The notes below the pieces were generated by a model. The model had not been told where the DNA came from, did no database searches, and saw nothing but the letters and a program-made list of their open reading frames with translations. This document shows positions 11,311 to 22,574 of a DNA stretch of 64,000 bases, in pieces; the stretch's first letter is position 1, and every line of letters starts with the position of its first letter. Origin of the DNA: Azolla caroliniana (lineage: Eukaryota > Plantae > Polypodiophyta); the NCBI GenBank assembly GCA_043228905.1, contig JBHGNT010000007.1, forward strand, positions 5,580,001 through 5,644,000. The letters are read 5' to 3'. Both the position numbers and the translations under genes were made by a program.

Positions 11311-12754
11311 GAGACATGATGAGAGGAAGATGAGAATCTTGTCAACGACATGGCCGATGAAGGATGGTCGATTGAAGACAAATGATGGAGCCGATATGAA
11401 GGCCGAAATACAACATGATGGTGCGACGGAAGAGGGTGTCAAACAAGCTACCCTATTGTCTTGCGAAAGAACAATGACGAAGGATAAGGCCGATAACCCA
11501 AGTGTAGAAGAAGATTTCAGAATACAAGTGTCCGAAACATCGGGTGAAAAAGGGGTAAGCATAATTGATGCAGTGAAAGAGAGCAAGGAGGACTTGATTG
11601 AGGAGGTCACCACGAAAGATGACATCGAATCGAAGGTGGCTATGGACGAATCAACGACGGATGGCCATATCGAGACTTCCCCACCACTGATTCTAGAGAC
11701 TCCGGCGGTTGCGTTCGAAAGGCAACGTGAGACCGAAGAGACGGAAGGTGGCGGAGAGAAATCAAAGGTTGAAGCTGATGCGTATGACGGAGAGATAGCC
11801 GAGAATATGGCTATGGGTGAAACAACGGAGGATGATAATACCGAGGATTCCTACCCACTAATTCTAGAGACTTCGGCGGTTGTGTCCGAGAACCAACGTG
11901 AGACCGGAGAGACGGGAGGTGGCAGCAAGAAAGGTAAAGTCGGAAGCCGGTTCGGATGGAAGGTGATCCGGACGGGATTCCGATCCGAAAGAAAGCCGAA
12001 CCGGGTAAAAGAGGATTCGACCGAAAGTCGACCCAAAAGAAAGCCGAACCGAAAGGAAGAAAATTCAGCCGAAAGACGACACAAACGAAAGCCGAACCGG
12101 GCAAATGAGGATTCAGCCGAAAGACGACCCGAAAGAAAGCCAACCCGAAAAGGGGTCGACTCGGTCAAAACCGATCGACCGAGTCTGACTTGGCCGAACG
12201 CGAATATGGATGGAAGCAGACCTAGCCGAAAGCCAATCGGACGAGACGGATCCGGAAAGAAGCTAATCCGACTCAATCGGAGGTTGGACCGGTCGAGGCT
12301 GGTGAAAACGAGGAAAAGAAAGCCAACCGAAACCGAAACCGATAGATCGAAACCGGGCCGGAAGGAGACCGACTCAATCGAAACCGAACAACCGATTCCG
12401 ATTCGGCCGAATACGAATCCGATCAGAAGCTGATCAAACCGAAAGTCGATCGGACGAGAGCGATCCGGAAAAAAGTCAAGGTTGATGAAGACAAGAAAGA
12501 GGCCAGTAAAAGACACTACCACGAATGACAAGGGCCAAGAATATGACGAGAGAGAACAAAGAATATGGTGGATCGGATGGCGACAATGGTTCGGGTGGAA
12601 AGAATTGGTCTACTCAAAATGGAGAGACAAAGTTGACATAGCGGGACAAATGGAGGATGAAGGGGAGACAACGAGCATCGGCAACTTCGGCACATACCGG
12701 AGGATGTGCGGGTTCGGAGGGGGCGAGTGTCGTAGTGTATTTCGTACACTACGT

Positions 12755-15700
12755 TGTCGTGAAGATTTTCGTCCATAGGCGGAAAACCGAGCGAAGCAAG
12801 CAAACCCGCGATGTGCAACGTTGCACATCAACATGTTGTATTTCTATTTATCGATAGTGATAAGTATGGTGCTAGAAATGCACCTTAGGATTTGTAAAGT
12901 GTAAAGGTGATGTGCTTTTGCGCGCACATCCACGTGAGAGAGAGAGAGATAGGTACGTGGTAGTTCGTGTAGAGGTGGGAGTTAAGACCCATCCTTCCCA
13001 CCTCCCCTAAAATCAAGGGAAATCTCCCCATTGATTGAAAGGGGATATTTTGTAGCACCTTTATGTAACGGTCTTCCCTCCTTGTGCTATAAAGGGAGAG
13101 GAAGAGCACCATTGTGGAGGTTGCCTATTTTGAGTGCGAAAGGTATACCACATAGGACGAGCGTTAGGTTTAGGGTTTCTTTTCTTCTTCGTCGGATTAG
13201 GGTTTCGGGTTTATCATAGTCGTTTGGTGCGGCCTACGCGGCCGCCATTTTGTAATCGGTTTTCGGTTCTAATATATCTTGTTGAGCATTTGGCCTCCAT
13301 CTTCCTCTTGTTCATTCTTTCTCTTCTTGTGCTAAGCTCCATTCCGAAGTCCTATTCCTTCTCCCCTTTTCCTTAGTCCAAGACCCCCGTGGTTCCGCCC
13401 TTCTCCACGCACGCGCGTAACAACGCGACATCTTTGGTGAACCCGACGTGAAGGGCGGCAAGGGAGAAAGAGATGGAAGAAGGCTTCGACTTCGAGGAGA
13501 TGATGACAAAGATCTTGATGGACGCCGGACGGAAGAGGGCGAGGCGAGAGTTCTTTCGTCGAGCGGCGGCCGCATCAAAGTACGAGGAGGTCAAGGAGCT
13601 CCAAGAAGCTCACGAATCGTGGGAGTCCTTTGAAGGGGCTCTAATGGAGGCATACGGGTGCGCGGAATCGGAGGTAAGAGGTCGGCGAGAGTTCGATCGG
13701 TGGGTGGCGTCGGCGAGGCGCCATCGGAGTGCAATGGAGGCATTCCGAGAGTTCGAGCGTCGTTTCTCTCAACTCTCGGAGTGGGAACGAAGATCGGTGG
13801 GGGCGGACAAAGTCCTCCTATTTTTGAAGACGGTCCATCATGAGGAGAGGATGGACATCATGTTCGAGCTTCAAGACGATTATGGAGCGCATGGTCTCAC
13901 CGAGGAGCTGCCCGAAGTGGAATGGGTGTGTCGGCAACATGAGGCGAGGCGGTCGGCCACAACACGGCCCGCGAGCGGGGGAGAAGAGAGAGCGACGACC
14001 GACTACGCCATGCCGCCGGACGAGAGCTCATCGCGAACCGGTTTGGAGGGGCCCGACCTACAAGCGCTAATACGGGAGGCGTGCGGGCTCGTAATGGCGA
14101 AAATCGAAGCCGAAGAATGGCTTATTGCGGGGTCGGGCCTGAGCGGATCGGAGGACGCGGAGGAAGGAGCTTCCTCACACATGGAGGACGGGGCCTATGC
14201 GGAGGCCGAAAGAGAATGGTACATCGGTACCACGGGAGAGGGTGCGGAGCGAGCCGCCCTCTCGACATGGGGGAAAAGAACGACCGAGGATGAGGTCGGG
14301 GACGGTGAGGCGGCGATCGCCGATTCGAGTGGACATGGCGGATTCGGGACATGGTGGCCCGAATCATCGAGTACGGAGGAGACAAGCGGCGGTACCGCAA
14401 CCTTCCACGCACCGGTTCAAGAGACCCCGGCGGCCGGCCCGAGTGCCCACGTGAGACCGAGGGAAAAGAACGGTGGCGGCGACAAGGCGGGCAACCGAGA
14501 CAACGGTAAGGAGACCGCGGAAGAGGCGGCGGCAAGCATAACCGATGCTTGCATATACGGAGGCGGGGTAGCCACGGACAACGACGTCCGAGCGGAGGTG
14601 GCTACGGACATTACATCGACGAGCGGCGGTCCCGCGCCCTTACACGCGTCATTCCTAGAGATCACGGCGGCCGGCCCGAGTGCCCGCGTAAGACCTATGG
14701 TGAAAGGCGGTGGCGGTGGCAAGGCGGGCGACCACGACGTCGACACGAGAGAAGGTGCGGAGCAAGCGACCGTCTCATCTCGGGGAAAAAGAACGGCCAT
14801 GGACGAGGCCGATATCTACGGAGCGATGGACGCCACTTCGAGAGTGGGCGGAAGTTTCGGGACGCGGTTGCCCGAAACGTTCTACGAGGATTTCGCGAGC
14901 ATACTCGAGGCTTGCGAAATGGAGGAGGAAGACGAAACGAGCGATGGTGTCGCGACCTTCCACACACTGGCCCTAGAGGCTTCGGCGGTCGGCCCGAGTG
15001 CCGGCACGAGACCTAGAACGACGGGCGGTGGCGGCGGCAAGGCGGGCCACCGAAACGACGACGACATGGGAGAGGGTGCGGAGCGAGCAACCCTCTCGTC
15101 TTGCGGCGAATGGACGGCCAAGGATGAGGCCGGTGACTACGAAGCGGAGAGCGCCACTTCGAAAGTGGGCGGAAGATTCGGGGCACGGCGGCCCAAAACA
15201 TCGAGCGGAGAGGAGGCGAGCGGTGGTGCCGCGACCTTCCACACACCGGCCCTAGAGGCTTCGGCGGTCGGCCCGAGAGCCGGCGAGAGGCCTGGAGTGA
15301 CGGACGGTGGCGGCGGCGAGGCGGGCAAACGAGATGACGCGGAGAACGGCGAAGAAGAGGTGGTGGCAAGCATACTAGAGGCTTGCGGAATCGGAGATGG
15401 GGGAGCCACGAATAACGACGTCCGAACGAAAGCGGCTACGGAGACAACAAACGGCGGTGCCGGGTCCTTACCCACACCAATCCTAGAGGCTCCAATGGCC
15501 GGCCCGAGTGCCGGCATGAGGCTTAGCGCGACGGGAGGTGACGGCGGCAAGGCGGGCAACGGAAACGAGAAGGAAGATTGGAGCGGACGGAGGCAAGACC
15601 CCTTGACACCGGGGCCGGAGACTACGACGGTTGCACTCGGAAGCCAACATAAGACCGTAGAGAAGGGCGGTGGCCGTGAGGAGGCGTGGCCCGGAGAGAG

Positions 15701-17681
15701 CACATGCGAAGAAGGGGATACGGGGCCCGGAATGGGCGTATACGGAGAGTCCGACGGAGAGGATCGGAGCGGTATCGAGGAGCGAGTCGGGAACCAACCC
15801 AACCGGAAGGCGAGCCGGTCGGTAATCCGACCCGACCGGGAGGCGAAGCGGCACGATTGGAGGCCGAGGTGTACGAGTCGCAACACACGGTGGGAGCCAG
15901 TGAGCGCGAGAAGGAGGCCAAGCGGGCGCAAGGACAAGGACTCGGTGGGAGACCGAGAGCGGAAGGAACCCTCCACACCTATGCTTAACACTTCGGCGGT
16001 TGCGGATCAACGGAAGACCGAGGAGATGGCGGGTGGCGGCGAGGAGTTGGAGACCGATGCGGGGGACGGGTCTACGGTGGAAGCGCGACACGAGACGCAT
16101 GCAATACGGCCGGTGGAGGGCCAAGAGACGAGCACGCATACGGCGAACGGGCGACAACGAGTGACCGACGACGACGGTCGGGTCAAGCCTTCGAGAGGCA
16201 AGCGCGGGATGAAAGAGGGCGCGGGTCGAGACGAAGCGATGATGAGAGCCACGAAGGGCCCCGACACGGAGGTCGGGAAAGGAAGGTACCTTTCCAAAGG
16301 GGTACGCGAAAAGGAGCGGGATACGAAACGTGCAATACGGCCGCATGAGGGCCAAGCAACGAGTACGGGAATGATGGTATGCTCTACGGCGAAAGAGCAC
16401 GGAAGGCGAAGGGAAGGCGGAAGATGCGTGATGGGGGCGTCGAAGGACCGAAGCACGAGCACGCATTCGGGGGAGAGCATCGACATACGGGGAAAGCCTA
16501 CGGAAGGCAATCGCGGAGCGGAGAGAGTCGGCACGCCGAGGTGTGCGGCACGGGAAAGGCGGAATCCGGCGTGCAGCCGGAGAGATCGGGAGAGCATCCG
16601 GAGGCTATACGAGGCGGACAAAAGAAGAGCAGCCGGGTCGGCAACGGCGTTCGGGAGGACCGATCGGGGAAGAAAGCGCGGGCATCGGAAGCGGCGGTCC
16701 GGATGTAGACGGTGGTTCGAGGAATCACGGTGGACGTGGCGGATCGGGTGGAGGCAACGACTCGGCGAACGTCGTCAAGTGTGGCGGATCGGATGGAGCC
16801 GACGGTTCGAGACCATTCGGCGGAGATGGTGGGCCAGAAGGCGACGGTGGTTCGTGTGGACGGGGTGGACTTGCTCGAAGTGGAAGACGAAGCCGGGCAA
16901 GCCCACGAGGTTGTCAAGGGCTCGGTTGGCCGCCTTGGCCGAAAATCTCGCGTTTTGTTCCCCTTTTGGCACATACCGGTGGATGTGCGGTTAGGTGGGG
17001 GCGGATGTCGTGAAGATTTTCGTCCATAGGCGGAAAACCGAGCGAAGCAAGCAAACCCGCGATGTGCAACGTTGCACATCAACATGTTGTATTTCTATTT
17101 ATCGATAGTGATAAGTATGGTGCTAGAAATGCACCTTAGGATTTGTAAAGTGTAAAGGTGATGTGCTTTTGCGCGCACATCCACGTGAGAGAGAGAGAGA
17201 TAGGTACGTGGTAGTTCGTGTAGAGGTGGGAGTTAAGACCCATCCTTCCCACCTCCCCTAAAATCAAGGGAAATCTCCCCATTGATTGAAAGGGGATATT
17301 TTGTAGCACCTTTATGTAACGGTCTTCCCTCCTTGTGCTATAAAGGGAGAGGAAGAGCACCATTGTGGAGGTTGCCTATTTTGAGTGCGAAAGGTATACC
17401 ACATAGGACGAGCGTTAGGTTTAGGGTTTCTTTTCTTCTTCGTCGGATTAGGGTTTCGGGTTTATCATAGTCGTTTGGTGCGGCCTACGCGGCCGCCATT
17501 TTGTAATCGGTTTTCGGTTCTAATATATCTTGTTGAGCATTTGGCCTCCATCTTCCTCTTGTTCATTCTTTCTCTTCTTGTGCTAAGCTCCATTCCGAAG
17601 TCCTATTCCTTCTCCCCTTTTCCTTAGTCCAAGACCCCCGTGGTTCCGCCCTTCTCCACGCACGCGCGTAACAACGCGACA
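12755..17681 (+). mobile_element. Element D: young gag-only non-autonomous LTR retrotransposon
   Basis: 676-bp LTRs (12755-13430, 17006-17681) with no difference seen by eye; TSD ACGT; tRNA-Trp PBS 13435-13452; one ORF and no pol motifs. Confidence 0.93.
13473..16994 (+). CDS. 1173-aa protein: Gag capsid-like N-terminus, acidic G/A-rich repeats, R-rich region, W/R-rich C-terminus
   Basis: Uninterrupted ORF filling PBS to PPT; WESFEGAL...AFREFERRF...DKVLLFLK...GLTEE aligns by eye with Gag of E and B. Confidence 0.8.
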   Translation: MEEGFDFEEMMTKILMDAGRKRARREFFRRAAAASKYEEVKELQEAHESWESFEGALMEAYGCAESEVRGRREFDRWVASARRHRSAMEAFREFERRFSQLSEWERRSVGADKVLLFLKTVHHEERMDIMFELQDDYGAHGLTEELPEVEWVCRQHEARRSATTRPASGGEERATTDYAMPPDESSSRTGLEGPDLQALIREACGLVMAKIEAEEWLIAGSGLSGSEDAEEGASSHMEDGAYAEAEREWYIGTTGEGAERAALSTWGKRTTEDEVGDGEAAIADSSGHGGFGTWWPESSSTEETSGGTATFHAPVQETPAAGPSAHVRPREKNGGGDKAGNRDNGKETAEEAAASITDACIYGGGVATDNDVRAEVATDITSTSGGPAPLHASFLEITAAGPSARVRPMVKGGGGGKAGDHDVDTREGAEQATVSSRGKRTAMDEADIYGAMDATSRVGGSFGTRLPETFYEDFASILEACEMEEEDETSDGVATFHTLALEASAVGPSAGTRPRTTGGGGGKAGHRNDDDMGEGAERATLSSCGEWTAKDEAGDYEAESATSKVGGRFGARRPKTSSGEEASGGAATFHTPALEASAVGPRAGERPGVTDGGGGEAGKRDDAENGEEEVVASILEACGIGDGGATNNDVRTKAATETTNGGAGSLPTPILEAPMAGPSAGMRLSATGGDGGKAGNGNEKEDWSGRRQDPLTPGPETTTVALGSQHKTVEKGGGREEAWPGESTCEEGDTGPGMGVYGESDGEDRSGIEERVGNQPNRKASRSVIRPDREAKRHDWRPRCTSRNTRWEPVSARRRPSGRKDKDSVGDRERKEPSTPMLNTSAVADQRKTEEMAGGGEELETDAGDGSTVEARHETHAIRPVEGQETSTHTANGRQRVTDDDGRVKPSRGKRGMKEGAGRDEAMMRATKGPDTEVGKGRYLSKGVREKERDTKRAIRPHEGQATSTGMMVCSTAKEHGRRREGGRCVMGASKDRSTSTHSGESIDIRGKPTEGNRGAERVGTPRCAARERRNPACSRRDRESIRRLYEADKRRAAGSATAFGRTDRGRKRGHRKRRSGCRRWFEESRWTWRIGWRQRLGERRQVWRIGWSRRFETIRRRWWARRRRWFVWTGWTCSKWKTKPGKPTRLSRARLAALAENLAFCSPFGTYRWMCG

Positions 17682-18471
17682 ACGTGAAAAAGTAAAAATA
17701 ATATAACCGATTTAATTACATATAAATAAATAAAATAAGAATATCAAAATATTTATCACATGCATAGGGCAAGATTCAAACCCTATACCTCCACGTAGCC
17801 AAACCTCAACTTTACCATTATGCTACCTTATCTTTACTATTTTATAAATAATAAATTTAATAACTATAAGTGCTTTATTTGCACCTACCTTTATTAAAAG
17901 GTAAATCATGCATTTTTAGAGTGTGTGAATATTTTATAGAAAAAACGCAAGCAACTAAAAAGTGATTCATGCACATCTAGCGTGCATGAGCACTATATTT
18001 AGCAAATAAAAGCAAGGATTAGAAAAGCATCACATGCACATTTAGTGTGCATGAACATATTAGAAAAAAAAGCATGTAGCTATGCTTAGTCTCTCCCATC
18101 ACTACATAAGGATGGGGAGCACAATGTAATAGGTGTGTGAAATATTTGGAAATTGGATATATTTCCTAAAACACCAACCGATTAATATAATCGTGGGATT
18201 CACGAAAATAATATAATCTATACTTGTGGGATTCACAAGTTTCTTATATCTTTCTTTCAATCTAAATACATATTCTTGTCTAAATATTGATTAATCGAAT
18301 ACAATACACTCGTGGGATTCACGAAATTTCTATCTCTCTTTCTAATAATCTATTCATTACTAGCCTCATCTCATATTCTTCTTTCTCCTAGTCCAAAACC
18401 TCAGTGGTTCCCACCCGACTCACGCAACGATCCGGAGCCGAAAGGCACGACACATTTGGTGAACCCGACGT

Positions 18472-18757
18472 GAAAACACCAACCGATTAATATAATCGTG
18501 GGATTCACGAAAATAATATAATCTATACTTGTGGGATTCACAAGTTTCTTATATCTTTCTTTCAATCTAAATACATATTTTTATCTAAATATTGATTAAT
18601 CGAATACAATACACTCGTGGGATTCACGAAATTTCTATCTCTCTTTCTAAATAATCTATTCATTACTAGCCTCATCTCATATTCTTCTTTCTCCTATCCA
18701 AAACCTCAGTGGTTCCCACCCAACTCACGCAACGATCCGGCGCCAAAAGGCACGACA
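18472..18757 (+). repeat. Partial extra B LTR (3' ~286 bp) fused directly to the PBS
   Basis: Repeats 18167-18452 and supplies the integrated right end next to the TSD. Confidence 0.88.
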
Positions 18758-18761
18758 ACGG

Positions 18762-19650
18762 TGACCGGATGAGAGGATCCCTCCAGAAAATGCCTCCATT
18801 GCATAAAAGAATCCACTATTGCCAATAGCTCCTTATCATGAATTTCGTAGTTGATTTCGGCGGCGTCAAACTTGCGTGAGTGAAAAGCCATAGGATGTAG
18901 CTTCTCATCATTCCCCTGTTGTGACAGAATCCACTATTGCCAATAGCTCCTTATCATGAATTTCGTAGTTGATTTCGGCGGCGTCAAACTTGCGTGAGTG
19001 AAAAGCCATAGGATGTAGCTTCTCATCATTCCCCTGTTGTGACAGAATGCTCCCCAATGCAAAATCCAATGCGTCAGCTTCGATAATAAATGGTTTTTCC
19101 GGATCGACATGAGCTAGAATTGGAGCTGATGTAAATTCCTTTTTAAGACTCTCGAAGCCACGTCCGTTTCTTCAGACCAAATGAACGGTTGTCCCTTCCT
19201 GGTAAGTTGTGTGAGAGGTAGAACGATCTTTGAGTAATCTTGTATGAACTTCCGGTAAAACTTGGCAAAGCCTAGGAAGCATTGCACATCCTGCACCGAA
19301 CGTGGAGTCTGCCATTCTACCACCATTTTGACCTTAGCTGGGTCCATGGAGATGCCTTTTGACGAAATGATGTAGCCGAGAAATTCCACTTGGTTGCACC
19401 CGAAATTACATTTTTCCAGCTTTGCATACAGACCATGTTCTCGAAGTCGTTTTAGTACTAATAGTACATGAGAATCATGTTCTTCTTGGGTCTTTGAATA
19501 AACCAGTAGATCATCCAAATAGATGATCAAACAATCATCCAATAGATCTCGGAATATATCATTAGCCATGTGCTGGAAGACTGCCGGTGCATTAGTGTGG
19601 CCGAACGGCATGACCGTATACTCGAAGTGCCCATATCTGGTGCGAAACGC
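18762..19650 (-). pseudogene. pol: Element A pol fragment (RT C-half, RNase H) with a 118-bp tandem duplication
   Basis: [28 protein letters not shown]; frameshifted. Confidence 0.92.
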
Positions 19651-22574
19651 TGTCGTGAAGAAAACCGTCCATAAGCGGAATCGGCGCACCAAGGCGTGGG
19701 AACCGGTTCTTCACGCGCGCACGCTCCAAGTTGTACATAGAAGCGAATTAGGAGGATAATCGGCAGGAACGGGCCCTAACACAAGTGGAGACAAAGACCG
19801 CGCGAACAGTCTTTTCGGTCGCGCGCGTGAGCTGAGGAACTGTACGGGTCGGCGGCGTAACTACGCGGATGCGTGAAGAACGGAGCGGATCCCTGTTTGA
19901 AAGGGACAGGGAATAAAGCTGACATAACGGCCTGCTCGTGGGCCTATATAAGGAGCAGGAAAGAGCTGTTGCAGGATCTCGCGCAGAGAGGACGAAGTGC
20001 TGTCGGACCGTTTCTGGACGCTTCTCTCTCTGTTTCCTTCCTTCTTGAGCTCCATAGCTTTTCTGTGCAGGGTTCCGGGGAGGCTCGCGCTGTTTCGAGG
20101 AACGCCCGAGTGCTTCCGGCAGCACCTCCGACCTGCTACCCCTTTGTGCGTCGAAGCGAACAAGCATCGACATCTGTTCGCCGGCCTGTTCGGTTGTAAC
20201 CAACTTGTGCCCCATCGAGGGTTGTAGTCGTGTTAGCCATTTTTCTTAATATACATATTTAGTCATTCACATATGTCTGTGTCGGTGTCTGTTCGCGTTC
20301 TCCGTGCTGAAGGGCCGTGTCCTTGTGTATCCCCGGTCCTGCGTAGCCGGTTCTCTCTCTTTCTCCTCCCTCGCTTGCTCTTAGGTTCGAGACCCCCGCG
20401 GTCCCGCCTCGTTTCCACACGCACTTGCATAATATCTCGACATCTTTGGTGAACCCGACGTGAAGGAGGTGGCAGAAGAGCAGAAGATGAGGGGGTCGGA
20501 TCTTGCAGAGGCCATGGCTTCGGCCGTGGATCGGATTGTAAACGCGCGCGAGGGCACCGGTGCCCTCGACAGAGCTATTGAGGCGGTCGTCGGCACGATC
20601 GGCCGGTTCGATGGGAAGGATGCCACGAAGTATTTGGCGTCCTACGGTGCAGAGATGCTGATGCGGGACATTCCGGAAGAAAGGCGTCTTGCCGGATTTC
20701 CCCGAGTGGCGATGCCGAGCATCCATGCGGAGGTGCTCGAGGTGCGGGCGGAGAGCCGTACCTGGGAGGAGTTCGAAGGTCGGCTCCTAGAGAAATACGG
20801 GCTGGACGACGCGCTCCGGCTTTCGAAGCGAAGGTTCATGGTATGGGTGGAGTCCCCGGGGAAGGGAAGAAACGCGTCGGCACTCCTCCGGGAGTTCGAG
20901 GAAAACTTTGCGCGCCTTTCGGCGCTCGACCGAACCATCCTGGACACGAGCCGGGTCTTGCTGTTTGTCAAGTCGGTCGACGAGCGGGATCGGGAGCAAG
21001 TGGGCCTCTTGCTGGAAACCGAAGACGGGCTCACTACTGACTGGGCGGCTGTCAAGAAAGTCTGTGGCCGTTTCGACAAACGGCGAGAGTGGGCGGATAA
21101 CGGGGCAACCGGGTTGGGCTCGGTCGCAGCAAGGAAGCTCGAACCAGCGCCACAGGTGCGAAAGGAAGAGACCCGAGAGTGGTTGGAAACCGGTTCGGCT
21201 TCGACCGGCGTAGTCAGAGGCTCAACCGGAGGAGCGGCGCTGGAGGAATTGACGAGGGCGATAAAGGACCTCCAAATCGCGCAAGCCCGAAGGGAAGGTG
21301 GCGAACCGGCTCGTGACCGACGGCCGGCGACAGGAAACAGGTGCATGTGGTGCGATGAAGTCGACCACATTCGGAAGGACTGCGGCGACTTCGCGGAGGC
21401 GCTGAGGAACAGGGTGGTGTACCTGTGGGAAGGACGGGTGCATGCCAGCGACACCCGAAGGGCCCTGAGCCGAAACGACGGGCGAGGTGGTATGAAAAGG
21501 TTGATGGAAGAGGCGGCGGCCCGACACGCGGAAACCGTCCACTACTCGGCGTCGGCCGGCATTCGAGTCGGGGGCGGCGAGGCCCGAAGGGAAAGCAAAG
21601 CCGGATTCTGGCCGACGATGCTGGAAGGCCTTGCCGGTGCAAGGCTTAAAAGGGAGGAATCGGACCTTGCGGAGAAACGAGTACGGGAGATGACCGGGTG
21701 GAGCGACCCGGTCGAGGAAAAGACGGGCTTCGTGGAAGCCGCTTGCCAGAACTACGAGGCTCTGGTAGAAGAGAAGCGGGTGGGGAAACCCGGGACGACC
21801 GGGCCCTCACAACGATACGAGACTCGGTCCGGGCCACGACGGGACGAAGCCGGCGGGGCCGGTACGCAAGATAAACCCCAGAAGGGCAGGTACCGTCTGG
21901 GGACGGAGATAGAAAGGACCACGGACTTACGAAAGGTCCTGGAGGAACGGATCCTCGACAGCAAGGTGGAGCTGTCGTTACGAGAGGTGCTGGGAATCGC
22001 CAAGAAGGAGTTCCACGACTCCATCGTGGACTTGGTGAAACGGAAGAGGCTGTCAACGGAGACAGAACCGGAAAGACCGGTGGAAGTGCGGACGACGCAC
22101 CTAGACGACATGGCGCTGGGAGACGAGTGGGCGGAAAGCCACTATTCGAGACCACACTGGGCCCGAGCGACCACGGAAACCCCGGTGAAGATCGGCGATG
22201 TCCAGGAACCGGTGATAGCTTTGGTGGACCACGGATCGGAGATCAATTTGATATCCATGGACTTCTATAAGAAGGGCAAATGGCTGATCAACACCAAGCA
22301 CGGGTGGAAAATAAGGGCAGCAACGCGCGCCACCGAGGAACTGCACGGGGCCTGTCCGAATGTGCGAGTCAAGATCGGCGACGTCGAGATTGACCAGCAC
22401 TTCTTCGTGCAGGAGACGTCTTCGCATCCGGTCATACTGGGAGAGCCGTACATCACGGCGGCGCGAATGGAGACCAAGGTGCTGGACAATGGTTCGGCCT
22501 ACGCGAGGGTCAAAAGCCAAGACGGGCGCCATTCGGTCCAGTTTCTGACGGTACGGCCGAACCACGAACGTAAC

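Larger units (their letters stand above)
4956..12727 (+). pseudogene. gag: B unit 2 gag-like ORF, split by element C (4956-5553 + 11316-12727)
   Basis: Near copy of unit 1 including the same premature TGA (5387); extra RPERKPNR-type repeats in the tail. Confidence 0.78.
12728..18452 (+). repeat. B LTR3, split by element D (12728-12754 + 17686-18452)
   Basis: TGTCGTAG start; resumes after ACGT TSD; ends CACGACA followed by PBS. Confidence 0.9.
1210..18757 (+). mobile_element. Element B: tandem array of a gag-only non-autonomous LTR element (LTR-int-LTR-int-LTR-PBS-partial LTR)
   Basis: Starts TGTCGTAG, ends CACGACA; single 4-bp TSD ACGG (1206-1209 / 18758-18761); tRNA-Trp PBS after each LTR; no PR/RT/RH/INT motifs in its own internal sequence. 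Confidence 0.88.

Noticed and set aside
13160-13215. TTAGGGTTT motifs in the D LTR as telomeric repeats
   Set aside because: Only isolated telo-box-like copies, common in plant 5' regions.
13658-17085. Many overlapping and antisense ORFs in D, E and H
   Set aside because: Expected in GC-rich coding DNA; no recognisable domains.
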